Under the pieces are notes generated by a model. That model was given only the letters and a program-made list of their open reading frames with translations. It had not been told where the DNA came from and made no database searches. A stretch of DNA of 64,000 nt from Hydrurus foetidus (lineage: Eukaryota), in contig UYFQ01000001.1 in the NCBI GenBank assembly GCA_900617105.1, positions 4,526,001-4,590,000 of the forward strand. Direction: 5' to 3'. Shown piece by piece: positions 51,083 through 59,334 of this stretch. Each line of letters opens with the position of its first letter. The first letter of the stretch is position 1. The translations under genes and the position numbers were made by a program.

Positions 51083-52354
51083 ATGAAAACCATAGCAGTC
51101 ATTGGCGGCGGCATCACCGGCGTTACCACGGCTTACGCGCTTGCCAAGCGCGGCTTTACCGTCACTTTGTTCGAGCGCCATCGCTATGCGGCGATGGAAA
51201 CATCGTTTGCCAATGGCGGGCAACTGTCAGCATCAAACGCTGAGGTGTGGACACATTGGTCAACCATCGTCAAAGGCCTGAAGTGGATGCTGAACCGCAA
51301 CGCGCCGCTGCTGGTCAACCCGGCACCCACCTGGCACAAGTTGTCGTGGTTTGCTGAATTTATTGCCGCCATGCCGCACTACGAGCGCAACACGATTGAA
51401 ACCGCACGCATGGCCGTGGCTGCGCGCCAGCATTTGTTTGCGTGGGCGCAAGAAGAAAGCATTGATTTCGATTTGAAGCAGCAAGGCATCTTGCACATTT
51501 ACCGCGATAAAAAGGGCTTTGACCATGCAGGCCGTGTATCAGTCATGCTGGCCAAAGGCGGCTTGCCGCGCCGCGCTGTAACGCCTGAGGAAATGAAAGG
51601 CATTGAGCCCACCCTGGCAGGCAATTACTACGGCGGCTACTTCACTGAAAGCGATTCAACCGGCGACATTCACAAGTTCACCCACGGCCTGGCGCAAGCT
51701 GCCGAGCGTTTGGGCGTGCGCACTTTGTATGGCCAAGACGTCAAGTCGGTGCAAAGCGATGGCAAAAAAGCAATCGTGGTCACTGCATCACAAGATAACG
51801 CGGAAGGCGAAGTGCAGTCCTTCGACGGCATCGTGGTTTGTGCAGGCGTGGCCAGCCGCAACCTGGCTGCGCAACTGGGCGACCGAGTCAATATTTACCC
51901 AGTCAAAGGCTATTCGATCACCGTTAATTTAAATGACGAGCAAAGCCGGTTGGGCGCACCTAACGTGAGCTTGCTGGACGATGAAACCAAGCTGGTCACC
52001 AGCCGCTTGGGGCTCAACCGCTTTCGGGTGGCGGGCACAGCCGAGTTCAACGGGGTGGACTACGACATTCGCGCAGACCGCATTCAGCCATTGATCAATT
52101 GGGTGGCGCAATGTTTTCCACAAATCGACACGCGCTCTGTCGTGCCGTGGGCCGGCTTGCGCCCGATGATGCCCAATATGTTGCCGCGTGTTGGCGCAGG
52201 TCGTGCGGCCAATGTGTTTTACAACACGGGTCACGGGCATTTGGGTTGGACGCTGTCTGCGATTACGGCAGACATGGTGGGCGATGTGGTGTTGGCAGCA
52301 GCCAAGCCCATGCAAGTTCTGGGCGGTTTGCAGCCCGGTGCCGCTTCCGCTTAA
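51083..52354 (+). CDS. dadA: D-amino acid dehydrogenase
   Basis: IGGGITG, TSFANGGQ, PVKGYS, WAGLRP, GHGHLGWT. Confidence 0.88.
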   Translation: MKTIAVIGGGITGVTTAYALAKRGFTVTLFERHRYAAMETSFANGGQLSASNAEVWTHWSTIVKGLKWMLNRNAPLLVNPAPTWHKLSWFAEFIAAMPHYERNTIETARMAVAARQHLFAWAQEESIDFDLKQQGILHIYRDKKGFDHAGRVSVMLAKGGLPRRAVTPEEMKGIEPTLAGNYYGGYFTESDSTGDIHKFTHGLAQAAERLGVRTLYGQDVKSVQSDGKKAIVVTASQDNAEGEVQSFDGIVVCAGVASRNLAAQLGDRVNIYPVKGYSITVNLNDEQSRLGAPNVSLLDDETKLVTSRLGLNRFRVAGTAEFNGVDYDIRADRIQPLINWVAQCFPQIDTRSVVPWAGLRPMMPNMLPRVGAGRAANVFYNTGHGHLGWTLSAITADMVGDVVLAAAKPMQVLGGLQPGAASA

Positions 52355-52399
52355 GTAGCCGCTGTGGCCCTGCGCTTTAATTCAGCGCGGGGCTGCAAT

Positions 52400-53620
52400 C
52401 TACAAATCAAACATGCGCTGCACCAGCCACCAGCTGGCCAGCAGCGCAACGATGACAGAGCCGCCAGTCAGCACGCCCACGCGGTAAAACGTGGTGGCGC
52501 GTAGCCAGAAGGCGATGGGCAAAAACACCGCCACAATCGCCAGCTGGCCCAGCTCAACGCCCACGTTAAAGCCAACCAGCGCCAATACCAGCGCGCCTTG
52601 CGGCAACCCCAAGTCGGCCAGCACAGATGCAAAGCCAAAGCCGTGAATCAACCCGAACACAAACGCCATCACCCAGCGGCGTTTGTCGATGGTGCCGCGC
52701 AAATTGTTAAGCGCGGCCAGCACGACCGATGCCGCTATCACTGATTCAACTAAGCGCGACGGCAAGCTGATGACCCCCAGCGCCGCTAGGCTCAGCGTGA
52801 TGGAATGCGCAAGCGTAAACGCAGTGACCACCTTGAGCACCTCAACCACCGAGCCGCGCAATGTGGGCGCCGGGTCCCACTGCGCCAAGCCGCGCGGCGC
52901 AGGCTCCGACTGATTAGCGCGGCGCACCAGCACGGCGGGCAACAGCAGTGAGAGTAAAAACAAAATATGGTCGTAACCAATCCAGATGTGCCAGACACCG
53001 TCAACGATGTATTGGCTCAATGTTTGCCACCAGCCAGCGGGCACCAGCGACAGCGACTGGCTGGCGGATTCGGCGCTAAAAATCAGGGCCTGGGAGGAGG
53101 GCGCATCGCCTGCTTGGGTAGGCACCAGCCACTGCACCAAACCGCGGTGGGAAGGGTCCACATCAAAAAACAGGCTGTAAGTAACGCTGATATTTTTGGG
53201 CGCGCTTGACCCAGCAGCTGATGTTGGGCACTGCGCCGTCAATGACAGCACCGCATAGGTTCCGTCGCTGTGTTTGTCAAGTGACAGAGGCGCGGTGGCA
53301 GACCATGGGCAAGTTTGATTTTCAGAGCTGACCACCAACGCGCCGGTAGCCAGCTTGATGATGTCGGCTTCACGTTGCCGTGTTTCGCCCCAGGTCAGCT
53401 CGCCGTTGCCGTCCCGGTCAAGCTGCAGTACGTAGTCGAGGTCGCGCAGCGAGATGTCCCACGCTGCGTTAATGACTTGCCCCTTGGTCGCGGTGGCCGG
53501 GGTGGATGCAGCCAACGTCAGGTAGCTGTCGCTGGGTTTGTGGGCGTGCGCGGCTGTATGCGCGGCAAGCGAAACAACCACCAACAGCAGACGGATGAAG
53601 GTAGATTTCAACCGCATCAT
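52400..53620 (-). CDS. HupE/UreJ-family membrane protein with N-terminal exported domain
   Basis: AHAH leader, HIWIGYDHILF, FTLAHSITL, FGLIHGFGFA, GFNVGVELGQ. Confidence 0.88.
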   Translation of the reverse strand: MMRLKSTFIRLLLVVVSLAAHTAAHAHKPSDSYLTLAASTPATATKGQVINAAWDISLRDLDYVLQLDRDGNGELTWGETRQREADIIKLATGALVVSSENQTCPWSATAPLSLDKHSDGTYAVLSLTAQCPTSAAGSSAPKNISVTYSLFFDVDPSHRGLVQWLVPTQAGDAPSSQALIFSAESASQSLSLVPAGWWQTLSQYIVDGVWHIWIGYDHILFLLSLLLPAVLVRRANQSEPAPRGLAQWDPAPTLRGSVVEVLKVVTAFTLAHSITLSLAALGVISLPSRLVESVIAASVVLAALNNLRGTIDKRRWVMAFVFGLIHGFGFASVLADLGLPQGALVLALVGFNVGVELGQLAIVAVFLPIAFWLRATTFYRVGVLTGGSVIVALLASWWLVQRMFDL

Positions 53621-54825
53621 TTTTCAGCCCCTTGGCCAACGAGTAGCGTGGCCAGGTCGCTGATGTGCGGGTCTTCATAGCTGGACGCTCGCCACCAGGC
53701 CAGCGCAGGCCGGGCGGCTTCACCTTTGCCGGCGCTCATGGCGGCGCGCATCAGTATTTCAGCGTCGCGCGGTTCTTTTTGTGCGGTGTAGTTGGCGCTG
53801 GCCAAAGCCAAGGCCTTTTTTGCGTTGCGTTCAATGTCGAGCTCAAATCGCGCGGCTTCTTGCTCGTGCAGGCGGTCGCCGCGCTTGGCGGCGTCTTCAA
53901 ACCGCTCACGCAATTGCGCAGCAAAATTGGCAGCGCGTGAGTCTTTGGTAGCCCGCGCGGCCAGTGCCAGGCGCAGCAGCAAAATATCAGAGCGCTCCCA
54001 GTCGGCCAGCAAAACCAACACTTCAGCTGGCCGTTTGCGCGCAAGTAAAAAGTCGGCATAACTGCCTAGCAAAAATTGGTCGGTGATGCCCAGCTTCAAG
54101 GCGCTTTTGTAGTAGCCCTCGGCCATGTCAAAGCGGTCGAGCCGCAGCGCCATTTCGGCCAGGCGCGTGTACTGCCACAGCAGCAGCTCAGGGGCGCTTT
54201 GCGGGTACTGCTTGACTGCGCTTGAAAGCTTGTCAAAGGCCGGTTGCAGGCCGCCGCCACTGCTGCCCTCAACATAGGCACTGCAGCCAACGGCTACCAG
54301 CGCCTCAGCTATGGGTTTAAGTTTGGCGCATTCGGCCGCGGCCTCAGGGTATTTGGCCTGCACCATGTAAATGGCGCTGCGCCACAGCAGGGACTCGGTC
54401 GAGGTCGGATTGAGCTGGCTGGCGGTGGCCAGGCTGACAAGCGCTGCATCAAATTGGTGGGTAAATTGCTCAATCATGCCGCGCACCTGAAAGTACTCGG
54501 CGCCCAATGCGGGTGCAGCAGGAACGGCGCTTGCCAGCGGCTTTAAAGCGCCAGCGGCATAGCCCACATAACGTGGGTCTCCCTGAGCCATAGCCATGTC
54601 AAAGTAGCGCCTGCCGATTTCAACCCGCAGTGCTGCGTCATCGGGCCGGGCGGCCAATTGTTTGCGCAGCGATTCAACGCGCCGCGTGGCGGGGTCGCTC
54701 GCGCGGCCGGGCAGGCGCTCAACCACCTCTGCATCGCTGGCGGGTATGAAGGGTGCTGCGTGAGTTTGTGCGTGCGCCAGGCAAGCCGCCAGGGCCAGCA
54801 GGGCAGTGAGGGTTTTAAATTTCAT
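53617..54825 (-). CDS. exported TPR-like protein
   Basis: Signal peptide and Ala-rich helical repeats; overlaps the start of the HupE/UreJ gene. Confidence 0.75.
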   Translation of the reverse strand: MKFKTLTALLALAACLAHAQTHAAPFIPASDAEVVERLPGRASDPATRRVESLRKQLAARPDDAALRVEIGRRYFDMAMAQGDPRYVGYAAGALKPLASAVPAAPALGAEYFQVRGMIEQFTHQFDAALVSLATASQLNPTSTESLLWRSAIYMVQAKYPEAAAECAKLKPIAEALVAVGCSAYVEGSSGGGLQPAFDKLSSAVKQYPQSAPELLLWQYTRLAEMALRLDRFDMAEGYYKSALKLGITDQFLLGSYADFLLARKRPAEVLVLLADWERSDILLLRLALAARATKDSRAANFAAQLRERFEDAAKRGDRLHEQEAARFELDIERNAKKALALASANYTAQKEPRDAEILMRAAMSAGKGEAARPALAWWRASSYEDPHISDLATLLVGQGAEK

Positions 54826-54843
54826 GTTTTCAAGTCAAATATC

Positions 54844-54909
54844 AGTGTCGAAAATAATAGCTGCTCGCGCCCGTATTTATTGGGCTACAGGCTTATTTAA
54901 TATCGAATT
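54844..54909 (-). repeat. 66-bp dispersed motif copy 14
   Basis: Minus strand TAGCCCAATAAATACGGGCGCGAGCAGCT; terminal TAGC lost. Confidence 0.88.
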
Positions 54910-54921
54910 AACGTGTTGAAT

Positions 54922-55914
54922 TCAAGTTTTAACAGTGTTTGGCAGTACTATCGGTTTTCCACTGGCCCGTACGCCAACCGCAATGCCGCAAGTCACCAAC
55001 AGCAGCCCGGCAATCAGGTTCCAGTACAGCGGCTCGTTTAAAAATACCACCGCACCGAGGGCCGACAAGCCGGGCACCACCGCCGTCAGCATGGTGGTGC
55101 GCACCGGGCCAAAGTATTCAATCATTTTGGTAAACGAAATGCCCGAAATCACCACCGAGCCGCCACCTTGCCACACGGTGTGAAAAATAATTTCAGACCA
55201 CGGCGCGGTGGCCAGCTTGCTGTGCAGCACCCCCGCCCACACCAGCGCACCGTAGGCCGGGATGAAGGTGACCACGCAAAACACAATAACCGCAATGGTG
55301 GCGGGCACCGCGCCCAGCGCATTTTTGCGGCAAGTCACTGCGTAAAAAGCCCAGCAGCTCGACGCGCACACAAACAGGGCGTCTCCAATGTAGGTTTGGC
55401 TGGTGTTGTTGGCATTAAAAATGGCGTTAAAAATTGACACCCCGCCGACCAGCATGGCCCCGCCAAAAATCATGGCCAGCCCGGTGATGCGCCCAGCGCT
55501 CAAGCGTTCATGCAGCAGCCACACCGACAGCAGCGCGGTCGACAGTGGCAGCATGCCCGGCAGCAGCACCGAGCCGTGCGCGGCAGGCGCGTACACAAAG
55601 GCGCTGTAAGCCAGCACGGCGTACGCCACGCCGCCAAAGGTACCAATCAGCGCGGTGATGCGCAGTGGCAGCGGCGACAAACCCAGCCAGGTTTGGTTAG
55701 CCCGGTACCCCGGGTTGTTTAACTTCATTTTGCGCACCATAAAGTAGCCCCAAGGCAACAGCACAATGGCTGCACCCACAATGCGGCACAGCACAATGTC
55801 AAGTGGGGTCAAGCCCTTAAGCGCCATTAATCGGGCTACAACGATGAAAGAGGTCCAAATGACGATGGTGACCACAGCGGCAGTGATGCCGACGGTCTTG
55901 GGTGAAAAGCGCAT
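54922..55914 (-). CDS. DMT/EamA family transporter
   Basis: About 10 TM segments with duplicated EamA pattern (L.ER.S, FLNEPL); start at ATG 55914. Confidence 0.88.
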   Translation of the reverse strand: MRFSPKTVGITAAVVTIVIWTSFIVVARLMALKGLTPLDIVLCRIVGAAIVLLPWGYFMVRKMKLNNPGYRANQTWLGLSPLPLRITALIGTFGGVAYAVLAYSAFVYAPAAHGSVLLPGMLPLSTALLSVWLLHERLSAGRITGLAMIFGGAMLVGGVSIFNAIFNANNTSQTYIGDALFVCASSCWAFYAVTCRKNALGAVPATIAVIVFCVVTFIPAYGALVWAGVLHSKLATAPWSEIIFHTVWQGGGSVVISGISFTKMIEYFGPVRTTMLTAVVPGLSALGAVVFLNEPLYWNLIAGLLLVTCGIAVGVRASGKPIVLPNTVKT

Positions 55915-55959
55915 GCGGTGATTATCGCGGCGACGGTGTTTTGGCACATTTTTACGCTA

Positions 55960-56025
55960 ATTTATGCATAAAATAGCACTGTAGCCCAATTGATACGGGC
56001 GCAAGCAGCTATTAAATACATAGCG
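55960..56025 (+). repeat. 66-bp dispersed motif copy 15
   Basis: TAGCCCAATTGATACGGGCGCAAGCAGCT…TAGC. Confidence 0.9.
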
Positions 56026-56145
56026 TAAAGTGGGCTGGCGGTGGTTAACGCGTGCAGCGCGTTTTTAATTGCAACGGTTATTCACCTAGCCATTCATCAC
56101 GCGATTCGACCCGCCATGACACTTGCTTTGTAGTAAAACCTATCT

Positions 56146-56997
56146 ATGCCTGATCCGACCCGTCCAACTACTGAAGTCAGATTGGTGAATCAAGTGGTTC
56201 CAATCCAGGGCCGCATTCATTTTGCGGGCAACCCTTGGCCGCTGGGTCACAGGGTGGTGTCGTGCACGTTCAATGCGTCCATTCATCCGGCGGTAGGCGC
56301 GTATGCCTCGAGCTACCCCAACCCCGGCCCGGGCTTGATGCTGGAGTTTGTTCTGACGACGGCCGAGTATGACGAAGACGACGAACACGACGAAGATAGC
56401 GAAAATAACCCGCCTGCTGAGCTTGGCCAAAGCGACTCAGACCAGCCCGACTGGACTTCAAAAATCGTCTGGAACAACTACCACTGCTGCACGATTGGCT
56501 CCAGCCAGTCCAGCCAGGTGCAGGGCATTCGCGTGGCCGATGGCAGCACGCCGTTTGCGTTTGATCTTCCCGAGTACCGATTCGCCGTTGATATGCTGCC
56601 GATTGATTGGCAGAACTTTCACGAAACGTCGGCTTTTGGCATTTATCTATTGGGCCACGACTCGGTCGCTAACCACCATATTCACTTGCACAGTCGCCAG
56701 CCAGATGGCAGCTACACCCTGGACTGGACGGGCAAAATCGCGCTGACCTACGCGGGCCAGGAAAATTTCGCACACGACTTCAGCGCGCACGTTACCGGCG
56801 TTCGGTTTGACTCGCTGATGCTGTTTTACTTCGACGCGGGGCGTGCCAAAGAGTACTTTGACATCGAGCTTGACCCCGCACTTTCTGCGTGGGACTACAT
56901 CGCACCGTTTGTGGTCGACCCTGATAACTTCATGTTTGAAACCCGCGTTGACGGGTTGAAGCGCGCGGTTGTTTTCGCCACCCGCAAGGCACCTTGA
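56146..56997 (+). CDS. hypothetical protein, acidic
   Basis: 283-aa ORF filling the gap between two genes; no family recognised. Confidence 0.7.
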   Translation: MPDPTRPTTEVRLVNQVVPIQGRIHFAGNPWPLGHRVVSCTFNASIHPAVGAYASSYPNPGPGLMLEFVLTTAEYDEDDEHDEDSENNPPAELGQSDSDQPDWTSKIVWNNYHCCTIGSSQSSQVQGIRVADGSTPFAFDLPEYRFAVDMLPIDWQNFHETSAFGIYLLGHDSVANHHIHLHSRQPDGSYTLDWTGKIALTYAGQENFAHDFSAHVTGVRFDSLMLFYFDAGRAKEYFDIELDPALSAWDYIAPFVVDPDNFMFETRVDGLKRAVVFATRKAP

Positions 56998-57052
56998 AGC
57001 GTCTGCCGGGGCCGCTTGAAGGTCTCGACTGTCAGCCTTTTAAAATGTAACC

Positions 57053-57961
57053 ATGACTCAATTATTGAAATTTGCCGTGATGGGCGCGGGCGCCGTGGGC
57101 TGCTACTACGGCGGCATGCTGGCCAGGGCAGGGCACCCGGTGGTGCTGGTTGCGCGCCCGCAGCATGTTGCCGCCATTGCGCACGCCGGGCTGCGCCTGC
57201 AAACCCAAACCTTTGATGAGCATATTCAGGTGCAAGCCAGCATTGAGGCCAGCGCCGTGCGCGGTGCAGACGTGGTTTTGTTTTGCGTGAAGTCCAGCGA
57301 TACCGAGGCGGCCGGGCGCTTGATAGAGCCGTTTTTGCAGCCCGATACGCTGGTGGTGTGCCTGCAAAACGGCGTTGACAACGCCGACCGGCTGCGTGCC
57401 GTGCTGCCTGCGCACCAGGTCTGCGCAGCGGTGGTTTACGTTGCCACTGAAATGGCAGGCCCGGGCCACGTCAAACACAACGGCCGGGGCGATTTGGTCA
57501 TTGAGCCATCGGCCGGCAGTGCGGCAGTGGCGCAGGCATTCGCTGCGGCAGGCGTGCCGACCAAGGTGTCAGACAACGTGCGCGGCGAGCTGTGGGCCAA
57601 ACTGATACTTAACTGCGCCTACAACGCTGTGTCGGCCATTAGCCAACTGCCGTACGGCAAAACGGTGGCAGGTGTGGGCGTACAAGACGTGATGCGTGAT
57701 GTGGTGGCCGAATGCCTGGCGGTTGCCAAGGCGGATGGCGTGACGGTAGCAGGCAACGTGCACGCCGCCGTGGCTCAACTGGCAGGCAGTATGCCGCTGC
57801 AACTGTCGTCAACCGCGCAAGATTTGGCGCGGGGCAAGCCGACTGAAATTGACTATTTGAATGGTTTTATTGTGCAGCGTGGGCAAGCGTTAGGCATTGC
57901 CACACCAGCCAACCGGGTGCTGTGGGCGCTGGTGAAGCTGTTAGAGACGAAAACACCGTAA
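57053..57961 (+). CDS. panE: 2-dehydropantoate 2-reductase family protein
   Basis: GAGAVG, VKS, LQNG, WAKL..N, SSTAQDL..G..TEID.LNG. Confidence 0.88.
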   Translation: MTQLLKFAVMGAGAVGCYYGGMLARAGHPVVLVARPQHVAAIAHAGLRLQTQTFDEHIQVQASIEASAVRGADVVLFCVKSSDTEAAGRLIEPFLQPDTLVVCLQNGVDNADRLRAVLPAHQVCAAVVYVATEMAGPGHVKHNGRGDLVIEPSAGSAAVAQAFAAAGVPTKVSDNVRGELWAKLILNCAYNAVSAISQLPYGKTVAGVGVQDVMRDVVAECLAVAKADGVTVAGNVHAAVAQLAGSMPLQLSSTAQDLARGKPTEIDYLNGFIVQRGQALGIATPANRVLWALVKLLETKTP

Positions 57962-57971
57962 ATTCACACTA

Positions 57972-58037
57972 AATTGAGCTTATTTTAAGGCTGTAGCCCA
58001 ATTAATACGGGCGCAAGCAGCTCCTAAATACATAGCG
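57972..58037 (+). repeat. 66-bp dispersed motif copy 16
   Basis: TAGCCCAATTAATACGGGCGCAAGCAGCT…TAGC. Confidence 0.9.
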
Positions 58038-58041
58038 TATT

Positions 58042-58503
58042 TCAAGCCGCAAGCAGCTTGGAAATCACCCGCCAGTGCTGCGGTGTGACTGGCGTAATTG
58101 ACAAACGGTTGCCTTTTTTCAGCACCAGCAAGTCAGCCAACGCCGGCGTTTCGCGCAACTCGGTTAGCCCCAAGTTTCGGGTCTTGCGAATCACGCGAAC
58201 ATCGACCAACACCCAGCGCGGCTCGGCCGGTTTTGATTTGGCGTCAAAGTAATGCGAAGCCGAATCAAACTCGGTTGGGTCAGGGTAGGGCGCAGAACTC
58301 ACTTCAGCTATGCCAACAACCCCCGGCTCGGCACAACTTGAATGATAAAAAAGCACGCCATCGCCAATCTGCATGTCGTCCCGCATGAAGTTGCGGGCCT
58401 GGTAGTTGCGCACACCGACCCAAGGCACCGTTGCGTTTTTAGCGGCCAGCGCATCGTCCACCGAGCATTCGCTGGGTTCGGACTTCATGAGCCAGTACTT
58501 CAT
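58042..58503 (-). CDS. EVE domain protein
   Basis: YWLMKSEP, W.GVRNYQARN, FYHS, RLSITPV. Confidence 0.93.
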   Translation of the reverse strand: MKYWLMKSEPSECSVDDALAAKNATVPWVGVRNYQARNFMRDDMQIGDGVLFYHSSCAEPGVVGIAEVSSAPYPDPTEFDSASHYFDAKSKPAEPRWVLVDVRVIRKTRNLGLTELRETPALADLLVLKKGNRLSITPVTPQHWRVISKLLAA

Positions 58504-58892
58504 TCGCCAAACTCCGGACGTTCAAACTTGAAAGCCAGCTGCCGGTGGTGCCGTATGGACAACAGGTAGGTAACCGACTGGTCTTGCAGCACGGTATAGA
58601 GCACCAAATAGTCACCATGCAAATATTCGCGCAGCTTGTCTGCGGCGCCTGCTGGCAGCGCAGCAAGCTGCACCAGCGCTTCGGCAGACTGTGGCGGCTT
58701 GTCAAGGTAACGGCGGCCCATCAGTGGAAAGCGGCGCAGGTTGGGGATGACTTTGGTACGCAAACCTGCCAGCAACTTATCGAAAGCTGGCATTGCGTCG
58801 GCTTCAGTTAAAAAAAGCTCAATTGCAGACAACCGATTTGAGAAACTTTCCGTCAGCTCTACACGGCACAAAGCCTGAGTTGGCCTAATCAC
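58500..58892 (-). CDS. RelE/ParE family toxin
   Basis: V..TESF…L..FP.MGR…REY..GDY.VLY…LLSIRH.RQ; downstream of the Phd antitoxin. Confidence 0.82.
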   Translation of the reverse strand: MIRPTQALCRVELTESFSNRLSAIELFLTEADAMPAFDKLLAGLRTKVIPNLRRFPLMGRRYLDKPPQSAEALVQLAALPAGAADKLREYLHGDYLVLYTVLQDQSVTYLLSIRHHRQLAFKFERPEFGE

Positions 58893-58898
58893 GTTTTG

Positions 58899-59225
58899 TC
58901 AGATTCCAACACGGCTTTTAGCTGGCTTGCTTAGATCTAGCGCGCGTCGACGTTGCAACTTGGCCAGTGCCGCGTCAGCGTCCTGCGTGCGCCCGGCGGC
59001 AATGTCGGCAAGCCCACGCCGCGCATCGCCAATTAGCAGCAGGTGAATGTGCTCCCGCTCAAGCTGGTGATAGTAGTCCAGCCTATTCGCGTCTATCAGC
59101 GCAACGTAGCTCTCGCCATTTTTGGTGATGATCTTTTCAGCACCGGCTTTCACCTGAATCGCCAAGTCAGACAAATTGGCCCGTGCTTGGGAGAAGGGAA
59201 TGACGTCGCTGGCTTGGAATGACAT
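58899..59225 (-). CDS. Phd/YefM family antitoxin
   Basis: SQARANLSDL…EKIITKNG..VALI; start at ATG 59225. Confidence 0.85.
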   Translation of the reverse strand: MSFQASDVIPFSQARANLSDLAIQVKAGAEKIITKNGESYVALIDANRLDYYHQLEREHIHLLLIGDARRGLADIAAGRTQDADAALAKLQRRRALDLSKPAKSRVGI

Positions 59226-59334
59226 GAAGAACTCCTTTTCTGTGTACCGTATTGTGTGCAGTATATTGTGCAATAAAAAGTTGGCTTTCAAGATTTTTTT
59301 AGCTTTTCAAGCCACCTCACTAACTTTCGGCCAT

